A DNA stretch of 62,741 nt, filler included. It is 8 parts of 8 records of this genome, joined end to end, with 100 filler letters (N's around TTAATTAATTAA, not from the genome) between each part and the next. Parts side by side here need not be neighbours in the genome. Positions count along the whole stretch, not along the records: positions 20,224 to 25,939 come from SRR31147125_10241; positions 26,040 to 35,748 come from SRR31147125_10263; 6 more parts are not named here. One strand, given 5' to 3'. Position numbers and translations under genes: made by a program. This document shows, piece after piece, positions 20,511 to 32,685 of the stretch; the first letter of the stretch is position 1, and each line of letters starts with the position of its first letter. The notes under the pieces are model-generated. The model did not search any database and had not been told where the DNA came from. It was given only the letters and a program-made list of their open reading frames with translations.

Positions 20511-20981
20511 ATGAAACTGAAATTTACATTACAAAAGGATGCGGCAAACAACGGCTTCACAATTACTGAGGCCGGAGAGATGGATCTTGGGTCATTTGCC
20601 AAAATCCATGAAGAACACTATGAGTTGGATAAAATGGTGGAGGCCGCTCAAAAAGGAGAGGCAACCTTTATTGAACTGATGAGAAGACGGAACTTGTTTC
20701 CTCCCTATGATCTGGCACAGATTCTATTTCAAGAAGCAGATACCTTATTAAAAGATGACACATCTGAAAAGGCAGTGCTGGACTACGAAGATATCGATGC
20801 ACTCCCGTCTCTCGAAGAAGCATCGGTAGAGTTCGAGGAGGTGGAGGATGAAGAGGAAGAGATCGGAGATCTTCTCAAAGATGAAGCAGATGATTTGAGT
20901 GAAGACGATATTAAGGAAATCGATTCCGATGATGATACCCCGCGATTTATAGCTGATGATGACTCTGAACACGAGAATTGA
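20511..20981 (+). CDS. Hypothetical protein with very acidic C-terminal tail
   Basis: GGAGA Shine-Dalgarno before ATG 20511 (MKLKFTLQKD); D/E-rich C-terminal third; operonic with argS. Confidence 0.7.
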   Translation: MKLKFTLQKDAANNGFTITEAGEMDLGSFAKIHEEHYELDKMVEAAQKGEATFIELMRRRNLFPPYDLAQILFQEADTLLKDDTSEKAVLDYEDIDALPSLEEASVEFEEVEDEEEEIGDLLKDEADDLSEDDIKEIDSDDDTPRFIADDDSEHEN

Positions 20982-20987
20982 TGCCTG

Positions 20988-22700
20988 ATGAAAAATACAG
21001 TTAAAGAAATGATTCAACGTGCCGTAGCCAATGCCTGTGAAAAAGGCCTTCTAAAAGAGGATCAGTTGCCGGAAATGGAAATTGAAGTGCCTCGCCATGA
21101 GAAACATGGTGATTTTTCCAGCAATATTGCCATGGTATCCGCGTCCATCCAGAAAATGGCGCCTCGAAAGATCGCTGAGGCCATAATCGATTCCATTGAT
21201 GATTTGGGAGACATACTGGAAAAGGCAGAGATTGCCGGTCCCGGTTTTATTAACTTTTATCTTAAAAAAAGCGCATGGCATCCGTCACTGATTCAGATTC
21301 AAAAAGAAGATGAACGATTTGGTGCATCAACCCTGGGGAAAGGCACCAAAGTTCAGGTGGAATTTGTCAGCGCCAATCCCACCGGTCCGCTTCATATCGG
21401 CCATGGTCGGGGTGCGGCAGTGGGAGATGCCGTTGGAAACATCCTGACTTTTGCCGGGTTTGATGTCCAAAAAGAGTACTATATCAATGATTCCGGTCGA
21501 CAGATCAGGACATTGGGACTTTCCGTCTGGCTCAGGCTTTGTGAATCCCTTGGTGTTGAGATCCATTTTCCCGATACATGCTATCAAGGGGATTACATTA
21601 GGGCGCTTGCCGATGAACTGCGAGCGTTGAAAGAAGATGAACTCCTCGCAAAGGCCGGCGACTTCAAAGAAGATCCTGAGGGGGCGGATGGCGCCATTGC
21701 CGTCTGTGCCAAATACGCTGCCGACAAAATACTGCAAGGTATCAAAGAGGATTTGGAAGCGTTCGGCGTCACCTTTGATAAATGGTTCAGTGAACAAAGT
21801 CTGTATGACTCCGGACAGGTCCAGGATGCCATTGCATCCTTTAAGGATCAAGGCATTATCTATGAAAAAGATGGGGCGCAGTGGTTCAAGACCGAAGCCT
21901 ATGGAGATGAAAAAGATCGGGTCGTGGTTCGGAACAATGGATTGACCACCTACTTTGCATCGGATATTGCCTATCATAAAGAGAAATTTGACAGGGGATT
22001 CCATCGCGTCATCGATGTGTGGGGTGCGGATCATCACGGCTACATTGCCAGAATCAATGCGTCCATTGAAGCATCCGGAAAAAACAAAGATCAATTCGAT
22101 GTGATCCTGGTTCAGCTGGTGAATCTGCTAAGAGACGGTGAACAAGTGGCCATGTCCACCCGGGCTGGGGAGTTCGTCACATTAAAAGATATTGTGGATG
22201 AAGTGGGAAAAGATGCCGCTCGCTTCTTGTTTTTGAGCCGGAGCTATGATAGCGGACTTGATTTCGACTTGGCCGTTGCCAAGCAACAAACCAGTGAAAA
22301 TCCGGTTTATTATGTGCAATATGTCCATGCAAGGATATCGGCCATGCAGGGCAAGGCATGCGAGCAGGGGGTGCTGTCGAATTTGGCAACACTTGAGGAT
22401 ACGGCCTATTTTGAGCCTTATTTGTCTTTGTTGGTGGAACCGGAGGAGATCCGCCTCATCAAATTGTTGGATTCATTCACCGAGGTGGTTCAAAAAAGTG
22501 CAGCGACGTTGCATCCCCATGTCATTTTTACCTATCTGATGTCCTTGGCATCCGAGTTCCATGCGTATTACAATCGGCATAAAGTGATCACGGATAATCG
22601 AGAGCTGACTCTGGCTCGTATTTTTCTTGTGTCCGGTGTGAAGAAGGTGATTCGAAATGCATTGGGGCTGTTAGGGGTTTCATCGCCGGAGAGGATGTAG
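20988..22700 (+). CDS. argS: Arginine--tRNA ligase
   Basis: [60 protein letters not shown] end. Confidence 0.97.
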   Translation: MKNTVKEMIQRAVANACEKGLLKEDQLPEMEIEVPRHEKHGDFSSNIAMVSASIQKMAPRKIAEAIIDSIDDLGDILEKAEIAGPGFINFYLKKSAWHPSLIQIQKEDERFGASTLGKGTKVQVEFVSANPTGPLHIGHGRGAAVGDAVGNILTFAGFDVQKEYYINDSGRQIRTLGLSVWLRLCESLGVEIHFPDTCYQGDYIRALADELRALKEDELLAKAGDFKEDPEGADGAIAVCAKYAADKILQGIKEDLEAFGVTFDKWFSEQSLYDSGQVQDAIASFKDQGIIYEKDGAQWFKTEAYGDEKDRVVVRNNGLTTYFASDIAYHKEKFDRGFHRVIDVWGADHHGYIARINASIEASGKNKDQFDVILVQLVNLLRDGEQVAMSTRAGEFVTLKDIVDEVGKDAARFLFLSRSYDSGLDFDLAVAKQQTSENPVYYVQYVHARISAMQGKACEQGVLSNLATLEDTAYFEPYLSLLVEPEEIRLIKLLDSFTEVVQKSAATLHPHVIFTYLMSLASEFHAYYNRHKVITDNRELTLARIFLVSGVKKVIRNALGLLGVSSPERM

Positions 22701-22710
22701 AGCCAAGTCC

Positions 22711-23516
22711 ATGAAGCGGGGATGGGTGAAATATGGAGTTCTGGCGCTGTTGTGTGCCTGGATGTTTTTTTCCGGTATTCTGGTCGGACGGGGAACATCT
22801 CCGGTGGCGTTCGATACCGCTTGGTTTCAAAAGCGTCTTGCCGTTATTTTTGACGGAACCGGTAGTGAAGAGCAAGTTATCGCTAAACCGACGCTGGAGT
22901 TTTATACTGCATTGCAGTCCACCGATAGACTTGGAGAGCTTGATTTCATTTCTGTTTCCAAAGGGAAAACTGCTTTGGAGGAAGCAAATCCCCAAAACGG
23001 AACTCAAGATGGTGATGGGATGTCTCAGGATGCCATTCCGTTGAAAAAAGTCGGAAAACTATGACCTTGGCGCTTCGTAAAAAACAACCTTCTTTTGAGT
23101 CTCATACGGATACCGCCTCTTCCACTGCCGTAGTTGCTTCAGTAAAGGAAAAAAAGGTCGGGTATGGCAACCGAAAGTTACCTTCCGTGTCATCCCGGAA
23201 AGCTGTTTCCTCTTCTGGATCTTCAAATTCGTCCGGAGCGGTACTTGCCGGATCATCAATGCAGGCATCTGCATCAAGTGATGCGACTCCCTACACCATT
23301 CAAATTGCATCATATCTAAATGAATCCGATGCAAAAAGGCATATGGCTCAACTTAAAGCAAAAGGCTATCGGGTTTATCAAAATGCGGCAACGGTGAATA
23401 AAAAACAGTGGTTCCGCCTGAGAAGCGGATCTTATAAAAATATTTCAGATGCCAATACCTCCCTAAAGCGATTTCAAAAAGAGGGAATAAAAGCATTGGT
23501 CATAAGAAAAAAATGA
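22711..23516 (+). CDS. SPOR-domain (FtsN/DedD-like) membrane protein; probable frameshift near 23044-23049
   Basis: N-terminal TM with GILVGRG and LEFYTAL; C-terminal SPOR (YTIQIASY...WFRLRSGSY); usual position after argS. Confidence 0.8.
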
Positions 23517-23630
23517 TGGTGTCCCAAATCCGTTGATCTGATAATGAGACGACTTTCCTGATATAAGCGTCAAAGCGTCATCCATAGGTTTGGGACACTA
23601 CCCAAAAAAGTAAATTGATAAGGAAACAGC

Positions 23631-23918
23631 ATGAAAATAACCCGTCAAGATGTTGAATATATTGCTCATCTGGCTCGCCTTGAAGTGGATGATGAGCTGG
23701 TGGACAAGTTTGCAGGTCAGATCAGTACCATTTTGGAATATATCGATACTCTGAAAGATGCCGATGTGTCCGGGGCTGAGCTGATGTCCGGAGCGGCATT
23801 TCAGAACAATGTTTTCAGGGAAGATGAAGTGGTTCCTTCTCCAGGGCCGAATGTTACCCTTGCCAATGCTCCGGAGCGAGATGATGATTTTTACACAGTC
23901 CCCAAGGTTGTCGGGTAA
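23631..23918 (+). CDS. gatC: Asp/Glu-tRNA amidotransferase subunit C
   Basis: MKITRQDVEYIAHLARL...NVFRED...NAPE...VPKVV. Confidence 0.95.
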   Translation: MKITRQDVEYIAHLARLEVDDELVDKFAGQISTILEYIDTLKDADVSGAELMSGAAFQNNVFREDEVVPSPGPNVTLANAPERDDDFYTVPKVVG

Positions 23919-24056
23919 TCGATAGCAACGATTTATTTAAACATACATTGAATGAGAGCGGGGGGCCGTTAGAATTTAACATCTCGACTCTTGTCGAAAA
24001 ACAAAAATTTGATGAAAGATACTTGTGTGCGGGTTTCGCGCGTTAGGAAATATAAG

Positions 24057-25535
24057 ATGAATTTACATGAACTAACCCTGCAGCAGGCAAGAGAACAACT
24101 GGATTCCGGAAGGATCTCTTCCATTGATCTGGTCAATGCGCTGCTGGAAAGAATCGAACGGCTGGATTCCGATTTCGGCGCTTATATCACCGTTGATGCC
24201 GATGGGGCAAGGGATGCGGCAACCCAGGCAGATCAGCGTATTGCCTCCGGAGAACGACTTCCCCTTCTGGGAATCCCTCTGGCTTTGAAAGACCTGCTGT
24301 GCACCAAAGGGGTAAAAACCACCTGTGCCTCCCGGATTTTGGAAAATTTCGTTCCCGAATATGATGGAACCGTGGTTTCTCTTCTTAAGGATGCCGGTGC
24401 CGTCATTGTCGGAAAAACGAATCTCGATGAGTTTGCCATGGGCTCATCGACGGAAAACTCGGGATTTCATGTCACTCGAAATCCTTGGAATCGGGATCAT
24501 GTTCCCGGCGGATCCAGTGGGGGATCCGCCGCTGCAGTTGCCGCCCAGCTTTGCACGGCGTCCCTTGGGACGGACACCGGAGGCTCCATTCGGCAGCCGG
24601 CCTCGCACTGCGGTGTTGTTGGATTGAAACCCACTTACGGTAGAGTCTCTCGATTCGGCCTTGTCTCCTATGCCTCATCACTGGATCAGATCGGCCCCAT
24701 CACTCGGGATGTGACCGATGCAGCACTCATTTTGAATGCCATTTGCGGACATGATCCCAAAGACTCCACTTCCGCAGATGTGGAAACGCCGGATTTCACT
24801 TCCGTGCTTCGCGAGTTTGATACCAACGGAAAAAATTTAAAAGGAATGAAAGCCGGTGTTCCCAAAGAATTTTTATCCGTCAAAGGGATGGATCCGGATG
24901 TGGAAGCGGCTTTTGGTCGTGCGAAACGCTGTCTTGAAGAATTAGGCGTTGAGATGGTGGACATCTCTTTACCCCATACCGATTATGCCGTTGCCGCCTA
25001 TTATGTCATTGCTCCGTCTGAAGCCAGCTCCAATTTGGCCCGCTTTGACGGCGTTCGATACGGATTGCGGGAAACCGAGAGCGACGGTCTCATCGATATG
25101 TACAAAAAAACCAAATCCAAAGGGTTTGGTGCCGAGGTGCAAAGACGCATCATCACCGGTACCTACGCGCTCTCCGCAGGATATTACGATGCCTATTACG
25201 GTCGTGCCGTAAAAGTTCGAAGTCTGATCCGGGAGGATTTTTCAAACGCATTTAAAAGCTGCGATATCATTATCTCGCCGGTGGCCCCGACTCCGGCTTT
25301 CAAGATCGGTGAAAATGTCGATGATCCCTTGACCATGTATTTGACGGATATTTTCACTCTCTCCACCAATATGGCCGGTCTGCCGGGCCTCTCCGTACCC
25401 TGTGGCCATTCTTCCCAGGGACTCCCCATTGGATTTCAGATCATGGCGGAGCGATTTGATGAACTCTCAATGATTCGGGCCGGATATGGTCTGGAGCGGC
25501 ATCTCAACTTGGAGAAAAAGTTTCCGGAACTGTAA
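24057..25535 (+). CDS. gatA: Asp/Glu-tRNA amidotransferase subunit A
   Basis: Amidase signature GKTNLDEFAMGSSTE, PGGSSGGSA, GTDTGGSIRQPAS, SAGYYDAYY; start ATG 24057. Confidence 0.96.
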   Translation: MNLHELTLQQAREQLDSGRISSIDLVNALLERIERLDSDFGAYITVDADGARDAATQADQRIASGERLPLLGIPLALKDLLCTKGVKTTCASRILENFVPEYDGTVVSLLKDAGAVIVGKTNLDEFAMGSSTENSGFHVTRNPWNRDHVPGGSSGGSAAAVAAQLCTASLGTDTGGSIRQPASHCGVVGLKPTYGRVSRFGLVSYASSLDQIGPITRDVTDAALILNAICGHDPKDSTSADVETPDFTSVLREFDTNGKNLKGMKAGVPKEFLSVKGMDPDVEAAFGRAKRCLEELGVEMVDISLPHTDYAVAAYYVIAPSEASSNLARFDGVRYGLRETESDGLIDMYKKTKSKGFGAEVQRRIITGTYALSAGYYDAYYGRAVKVRSLIREDFSNAFKSCDIIISPVAPTPAFKIGENVDDPLTMYLTDIFTLSTNMAGLPGLSVPCGHSSQGLPIGFQIMAERFDELSMIRAGYGLERHLNLEKKFPEL

Positions 25536-25721
25536 GTCATCTTTATATGAAAAAACTCACGTTCATTGGTTTGAGGATTTCCATGCTTTGTTGTGTTTGG
25601 TGGCCTGACATGGCCGTTATTGACCCTTTTGAAACACTCATTGGTTAAGAAAGACAACCGTTCAGGTAAGTCAGCTCATCAAAAAGCCGATATCGTAAAA
25701 CAAATAATAATAAGGAAACCT

Positions 25722-25904
25722 ATGGGTACCATTCAATCACAAAGTGAACAGTTGAAAAAAGCGGTGCAGTGGCTTTCGGATAAAAGAAAGGAGAATCCGG
25801 ACACGTCTGCTGTCTCACTGGCCCAGGAAGCGGCCATTCAGTTTGATCTTAATCCCGATGACTCCGAATTTCTGATTCGGTTTGTCAAAGATCCCGAATT
25901 CTAA
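25722..25904 (+). CDS. Small hypothetical protein
   Basis: AGGA Shine-Dalgarno before ATG 25722; MGTIQSQSEQLKKAVQWLS...FDLNPDDSEFL. Confidence 0.65.
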   Translation: MGTIQSQSEQLKKAVQWLSDKRKENPDTSAVSLAQEAAIQFDLNPDDSEFLIRFVKDPEF

Positions 25905-26189
25905 GAAAAGAGTCTGAAATAATTTTCCCATTATTGGGGNNNNNNNNNNNNNNNNNNNNNNNNNNNNNNNNNNNNNNNNNNNNTTAATTAATTAANNNNN
26001 NNNNNNNNNNNNNNNNNNNNNNNNNNNNNNNNNNNNNNNATATAAGATTAAAGAATAGACAGATTACCACTATAAAGAGGAGACTGTTTAGTTTAATTAT
26101 AGCAAGCCTCTATTTTAGCTTACGGTTATATAAGTATTAGCTGTTTTCGCTTGCACCTGTTGGAAAAACTGTTGTTGAGTGAATCCAGT

Positions 26190-27863
26190 TTATTTTTTCT
26201 CAGAAACGTAGTTGTTTATTTCTTTACTTTCCATTAGCGTAAATATTACTAAAGGGATAAAAACAAAAAGGTTACCGTAAATAAACTTAATTTCTCCACC
26301 TGTTAAAAGCATACACGAGCCAATGAAGTTAAAGATTACTGGTGTAAAAGCTAAATATTTTTTTGATTTTTTTACGATCGTTATGACGCATGCTAAAACA
26401 ATAAAGAAAAATGCAAAGCCAACGCTATATTCGAATGATTCTACCATATGCATATCAAATAAAGGATAAACTAGATTTATAAAGTTTTTAACGGCGATGC
26501 CAAAGTTTTTGCGCACTAAATTAAACCAAACCGTTAAATACTCACCTTTGTGTTCTTCTATATAATTATCATTATATAGATGCTTTTCTTCAGTAGAACT
26601 AGGATATTTTACATAGTTAAAGTTACCTTCGTAAAAATCATAAATGCCATCAACAGGAAAAGCAGCTTCAATAAACGCCATTTCCTCATCTGATATATCA
26701 CCGTTTTCTTTGACTATAGCGCAAATTTGGTTATTAGGAACACCCATTGCTTCCGCAAAGGAATTTGGATGTGAATGTATATTTAAAACTTGATAAATTG
26801 GACCTGTGATTAGAAAATATGATGCTATAAAAATTAAGGAAAAAGTTGCAAAGAATTTCCTTAAAGGTTTGTATGCTATAAACAGGCATAAAAGCGTAAA
26901 AACAACGGCTATTATTCCATTGTGCCTCATATACATTACAAAAAACATGGACAGTGTAAAAATCACCACATTCCATTTATTCAAAAGCCACTTTCCTTCT
27001 GTATAATATATCCACATAATACAAACTGTAAGCATTAAAAGTCCAGCTGCAAACGGAGAATCTTTAGCAAGATAGAAAAAATTATAGTTATTGTTTATGC
27101 CAAGAACTATTAAACCGGTCATAAGAGCAATAGATCTTTTAGAAAACCCAAACAAATAAAATGAATAAACTAAATACGAAAAAGCGATACCGTTCATAAA
27201 GAACTGCGCTATATATGTACTTGCTTTAACTTTACCAAAAAGCTGCATTGGTACTTCGAAGAAAATAAATGTGTGAGCAAAAGGATGCCAGTCCACATAG
27301 GATTTTTTCATAACTTGCTGTAACTGATTGCTAGAATCGCCAGTTAGATAACCAGGATACGCGTTTAGATGCAATAAAAAAGTGAGTGTTATGAACACAG
27401 AGAAAAAGACTAAAAATTGATTAAAACTTGCTTTTCTTCTTATTAAATTCATTTTATAATTCAGCATAAAAGAAATAATACAAAATAAGATGAGCAGAGA
27501 AATGATAATCCAAAATAGTGTAAATATAAATGATACTTCGTAAACTTTATAGGCTAAAAGCGTGTATAGAGAAAAAAACGCAGATAAAACAATAATCTTT
27601 TTCTTGGTAGTTTTATCACTCTTTATAAATAAATTATAAAAATAATTATTCGAAATAGATTTTTTTATACTAAATAAATTTGCAATAATTAAACTAGATA
27701 TTACAAAACATAGGCTTTCTATTAATATATAAAACAACCTAGTAGATGTATCATCCTCATATACATCTGCTATATATTTAAAAACATATATGTATATAAA
27801 CAACGTTATAAGAAATAGTATAGATTTTATTAGTATTTGGATATTATTTGATTTGCGATTCAT
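26190..27863 (-). CDS. Polytopic membrane protein, DUF6020/GT-C-like
   Basis: YPGYLTGDSSNQ, DWHPFAHT, AKDSPF, MRHNG motifs with many TM helices. Confidence 0.65.
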   Translation of the reverse strand: MNRKSNNIQILIKSILFLITLFIYIYVFKYIADVYEDDTSTRLFYILIESLCFVISSLIIANLFSIKKSISNNYFYNLFIKSDKTTKKKIIVLSAFFSLYTLLAYKVYEVSFIFTLFWIIISLLILFCIISFMLNYKMNLIRRKASFNQFLVFFSVFITLTFLLHLNAYPGYLTGDSSNQLQQVMKKSYVDWHPFAHTFIFFEVPMQLFGKVKASTYIAQFFMNGIAFSYLVYSFYLFGFSKRSIALMTGLIVLGINNNYNFFYLAKDSPFAAGLLMLTVCIMWIYYTEGKWLLNKWNVVIFTLSMFFVMYMRHNGIIAVVFTLLCLFIAYKPLRKFFATFSLIFIASYFLITGPIYQVLNIHSHPNSFAEAMGVPNNQICAIVKENGDISDEEMAFIEAAFPVDGIYDFYEGNFNYVKYPSSTEEKHLYNDNYIEEHKGEYLTVWFNLVRKNFGIAVKNFINLVYPLFDMHMVESFEYSVGFAFFFIVLACVITIVKKSKKYLAFTPVIFNFIGSCMLLTGGEIKFIYGNLFVFIPLVIFTLMESKEINNYVSEKK

Positions 27864-28004
27864 ATGAATGCTATGATCCTCTCTATCTTAATTTTCTACT
27901 AGAAACCAATTAATCTGCTTTCATTGTAATAAATTTAGTTATGTTGATTTGAGTTTTAATTGATTTAAAGAATAAACGGCTGATCTTGTCCGTAAAGCAT
28001 ATTT

Positions 28005-29554
28005 CTACTTTTCGTGATAATCAACTTCCGTATTTACCGACCAAACTTTATCTTTTCCTATTTTTCCGCTAGAAACTATATCATCTACTGCGTAAATGGC
28101 CGTAAGCATTGAATGGTCCATGTTATTATACCTGTGCTGCCCGTTTCTTCCTATGCAATAAAGGTTATCCAGCTTATCAAGATATTCTTTGACCCAATTA
28201 AAATTATCGTATGTGCCAAAATATGCAGGATAAGCTTTTTTAATATTGACTCTTGTGCTGTCAATAACATCGTCTTTATCGATAACTCCAATTTTATCAA
28301 GTTCGTCTTTTGCAAATTCAATAAAATCTGCATCACTCATATTCCACATTTCATCACCTTCATCGCAGAAATATTCCAATCCTAGCCAAACGGTATCTTC
28401 GATGTTTTTTACCATATAAGGTGACCAGTTATTAAAGATCTGTAATCTTCCAATTTTAACGTCATCTTCTTGTATATAGATCCAGCAATCAGGAACAATA
28501 TTGTTAATAGTCTTAATTTTACTGGTGTTTTTTATCTTTAGCTTGTCAACTAACAATCCAACCGTAATAAAATCCCTATATGGTAGATTAGTTGCAACAT
28601 TATAAACTTTGTCAGATACCTTTTCGCGCGGGAAGGATTCGATTAAATCTTTAACTGGCATTGAAGAGATTAAAATATCACTTTCGTAAACGCTTCCGTC
28701 TTCACATTCAACAGATGTAATAGTGCCTTCTTCCATATTAATTTTATTTACATTTTTATTGTATTCAATTTTCACTCCATTTTTAATCGCTTTATCAGCA
28801 ACGCATTCCCAAAGTTGCCCGGGCCCATACTTTGGGTAATAAAATTCTTGAATCAAAGATGTTTGAATTTCTTTTAAATCTCTGTTCTTTTTTGATAGGT
28901 TGCTTACCATATCTTTGATAATTTCTTTTATAGATAATCCCTTTATACGCTGCGCTCCCCAAGAAGCTGAAATCTTTGAAGGGTGTTTACCCCAAACTTT
29001 TTCGGTGTATTTTTCAAAAACATACTATACAGCTTGCGTCCAAATCTATTTACCATAAAGTCTTCTAATGTTTTTTCAGGATTTATTTTAATAACCGTAG
29101 ATTTCAAATAGGAAAAGCCCACTATTATAGTATTCAAAAATCCCATGTTTACTAGCGTTGACATTTTTAAGCTTACAGGATAGTCGAAAAAACTGCCTAA
29201 ATAAAAAATCCTTGAAACACGATTTCTAATTAACATTACTTCATCTGTTGTTTCAGGATCTGGTCCATTTTCAATGCATCTTTTATTATTTTTTAATAGA
29301 ATGTCATCATAGGCTGGTTTGCCTTGAACGTTTAAAATATCGAACCACCAATTTTGTATCTGCTGATTTTTACTAAAGAACCTATGGCCTCCAATATCCA
29401 TACGATTTCCGTTGTAGTTTATTGTTTTAGATATTCCGCCTACTTGATCTAAAGATTCTAACACTACTATTTCATAGTCACTGTGGCTTTTTGAAAGTTC
29501 TAACGCTGCACACAACCCTGCTGGACCTGCTCCAATTACTGTTGCTTTTCTCAT
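28005..29554 (-). CDS. NAD(P)/FAD-dependent oxidoreductase (amine oxidase/UDP-galactopyranose mutase-like); probable frameshift near 29010-29020
   Basis: GAGPAGL, GGISKT, DIGGHRFFSK in 28943-29554; FYYPKYGPGQLWE, KAYPAYF, GRNGQHRYNNMDHSM in 28005-28910. Confidence 0.85.
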
Positions 29555-30099
29555 ATTATCTACTTTATTCCTTTTGGTTTATTTACATAACATAATATAA
29601 CAAAATATATGGATAATATCAATTGAAAATAGACTATTTAATCTTCTATTTATCTAAATAAAATAGATACTTATTACACTATGAGATTTTTTATAAGTAA
29701 TTTATGTTGTAATCTTAAAGACTTTTTGTATAAGATAATTAGTCTCATCTTTGAATGGATTAACAGGTCAAATTGATTTTAAAATTACTGCTGGAATGAT
29801 GAATTTTTAGGAGTGCAAATTCTATTTGTTTAAACAGCATATTATAATACCATTTTTAATTAAGAAATACAACAATAATGATAGAAATAAAAGAGAAATT
29901 AATAAAAGTAACTATAAAGATAAATATCCTTATGATATGATAATTGACTCCATATAAGTCGAATGATAAAATAATAATAAATTCAAAATAGATAATTTAT
30001 GAGCGCACAATGCCGTGTGCAAAAATTCAAACGATTAATTTAACAAAGATATATTAATGGGTCAAAAGGCCTTTTTAAACTTATGTAAGGAGATAACTT

Positions 30100-31637
30100 A
30101 TGGAAGAATTACTTAGAATGAAGGGTGTTTCTAAGCAGTTTGGAGATGTTTACGCAAATAGAAATATTAATTTTACTGTAAAAAAAGGTGAGGTTCATAC
30201 TTTGCTGGGCGAAAACGGTGCAGGCAAAAGCACATTGATGAATATACTTATTGGCCTTTACCATCCAACAAAAGGAGATATTTTTCTACGTGGTGAAAAG
30301 ATAAAAATGGACAATCCAGCGAAAGCAGTAAAGATGGGTGTTGGAATGGTGCATCAACACTTTATGCTAGTAGAAGCGATGACTGTTTTTGAAAATATAA
30401 TACTTGGCATAACTAAGGATAAGTCTTTTTTTATACGCAAGGATAAAATTAAAGAAGAGATAACCGAATATGCAAAAAAATATGGATTGGAAGTTAATCT
30501 TGATCAAGAAATAACTGAAATATCTGTAGGAGAACAGCAGCGGGTTGAGATATTAAAAGCGTTATACAGGGGAGCAGAAATTTTAATATTGGACGAACCG
30601 ACAGCTGCCCTAACTGATATTGAGGTTGAAGGGTTGTTTAAAGTTATTAATAGATTAACAAGCGAAGGTAAATCTGTTATTTTTATTTCTCATAAAATGA
30701 GAGAAGTTCTAGAAATAAGTGATAGGATTACTATTCTTCGTAGTGGAGAAACGGTAAGGACACTTATAAAAGAGGAAACTACAGCAGATGAACTGGCTAC
30801 GTTGATGATTGGGAGAGACCTTATACCAAATAAATATAATAAGGTAGCAAGTAAGAGCGAACCAGTAATTTCTCTTGATAAAGTTTGCTACAACGAAGCG
30901 TCAAAACATAATGGTATCAACAATGTTTCGTTGCAAGTTAGGAAAGGCGAGATTGTAGGGATTGCAGGTGTCGATGGAAATGGGCAATCACAACTAGCTC
31001 AAATTGTAACGGGAGTACTTGCACCTTCAAAGGGAACCTTATCTGTTAAATCTAAAAAAATTGTACAGTTTGATCCTGGTAATTTTATAAATAAGGATAT
31101 CTCTCATATTCCTGAGGATAGAAATAAAATGGGCTTAGTTGGCAAGATGACAGTGAAGGAAAATCTTATATTGAAGTCTACACATTCTGAAGGGATTTCA
31201 AAGAGAAAGGGACTGTTTTTAAAAAGAAAGCAATCAACAAAGTTGCATCTGAAATGAGAGAAAAATATGATATCAGATGCGCTTCTATAGATCAAGAAGT
31301 AAGAAATTTATCGGGTGGAAACCAACAAAAGATCGTTTTATCGCGAGAATTAGAGATGGATCCAGATCTGCTAGTCGCTGTGCATCCAACGAGAGGTTTG
31401 GATATTGGGGCTACACAATACGTACACAATAGTATGGTTAGTTCGAGGGACAAAGGTTGTGGGGTTTTGTTGATAAGTGCGGATTTCGATGAAATATTAA
31501 CTTTGTCTGATCGGATAGCTGTTATGTTTGAAGGGGAGATCCTTGATATATATGATGGAGCAAACCCTCCAATAAGAGAGATTTCGTTAGCTATGTCTGG
31601 TAAATCACATGAGGAGGTAAACATTGAAGAAGAATAG
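30100..31637 (+). CDS. Sugar/nucleoside ABC ATPase (two NBDs); probable frameshift near 31216-31226
   Basis: GENGAGKST, SVGEQQRVEI, DEPTA; second half LSGGNQQK, PTRGLDIGA. Confidence 0.9.
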
Positions 31638-32685
31638 TTTGATAAATATTATTGTCCCTGTTGCCGCGGTTCTTATTTCGTTTTTAATTGGCGCAGTCCT
31701 TATAAAAGCAATTGGAGGAAACGCAATTGAGGCTTATAAATATCTGTTTATAGGTGCGTTTGGAAGTGTTTCGAACATTGGTGAAACATTTGTTAAAGCT
31801 ACGCCTTTAATTTTTACAGGACTTGCAGCAACATTTGCATACAAATGTGGCGTATTTAATTTAGGTGCACAAGGTCAATTTACGATTGGTGCAGTCGTCA
31901 GTATATGGATTTCTGTAACGTTTACATTCTTTTCAGGTTTTTGGCTGTTATTTGTAAGCCTTTTGTTTGGAATGATTGCGGGCGGCATATGGGGGAGTAT
32001 ACCTGGAATTTTAAAAGTCACAAGAGGTCTAAACGAAGTAATTGTAAGTATTATGCTAAACTACGTTGCCATACTATTTATGGGGTATGTTTATAGTTCG
32101 CCTCTAAGAGAAGCAAATCTACCTCAAACAGCCGCAGTTAGAGAGACGCTTCCTAAGTTGTTTGAAGGGACAAGAGTTCATGCTGGTTTGGTCATAGCAC
32201 TTTTTATTGCCGTTGGTATTTACTATTATATGTTTTATACATCAAGTGGTTTTAAGTTAAGAGCTGTTGGTTTAAACAGAACAGCAGCAAAGTTTAATGG
32301 GTTTAAAGTTAATCGGCTGATGATATTGTCATTCGTAATTTCAGGTGCAATTGCTGGAATTGGCGGAAGTATAGAGCTGCACGGAACTCAGCTACGATTA
32401 ATGGCTGGGTTTGGCGGAAACTATGGTTTTGATGGCGTCGCAATAGCGTTGATTGGGCAGCTAAACCCAATAGCAACTGTTTTGGTAGCTTATTTGTTTG
32501 GAGTTTTAAGGACAGGAGCTACAACGATGCAGGTAGGTAGCGGCATGCCGACTTCTATAATAGATATTATACAGGCGTTGGTAATAATATTTGCGGTTGC
32601 AGGTAGTGCAATTGTTAATTTGCCAAAGATAAAGCAGTTTATAAACGATTTGATTTCAAATAACAATAAGGAGGGCAATAAATAA
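31624..32685 (+). CDS. Nucleoside-type ABC permease
   Basis: ATPLIFTGLA, FNLGAQGQ, NEVIVSIMLNY, GFDGVAIAL. Confidence 0.9.
   Translation: MKKNSLINIIVPVAAVLISFLIGAVLIKAIGGNAIEAYKYLFIGAFGSVSNIGETFVKATPLIFTGLAATFAYKCGVFNLGAQGQFTIGAVVSIWISVTFTFFSGFWLLFVSLLFGMIAGGIWGSIPGILKVTRGLNEVIVSIMLNYVAILFMGYVYSSPLREANLPQTAAVRETLPKLFEGTRVHAGLVIALFIAVGIYYYMFYTSSGFKLRAVGLNRTAAKFNGFKVNRLMILSFVISGAIAGIGGSIELHGTQLRLMAGFGGNYGFDGVAIALIGQLNPIATVLVAYLFGVLRTGATTMQVGSGMPTSIIDIIQALVIIFAVAGSAIVNLPKIKQFINDLISNNNKEGNK

Noticed and set aside
21051-25429. Numerous antisense or overlapping ORFs within argS and gatA (also in clpC, lysS, flgI)
   Set aside because: Shadow ORFs of well-supported genes with no motifs of their own.
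23631-25535. gatC-gatA without adjacent gatB
   Set aside because: gatB is unlinked in many bacteria, and the contig is short.
29880-30099. Purine riboswitch upstream of the nucleoside-type ABC operon
   Set aside because: Conserved core (TTTCTACC...CCGTAAA) not found; AT-rich promoter DNA only.
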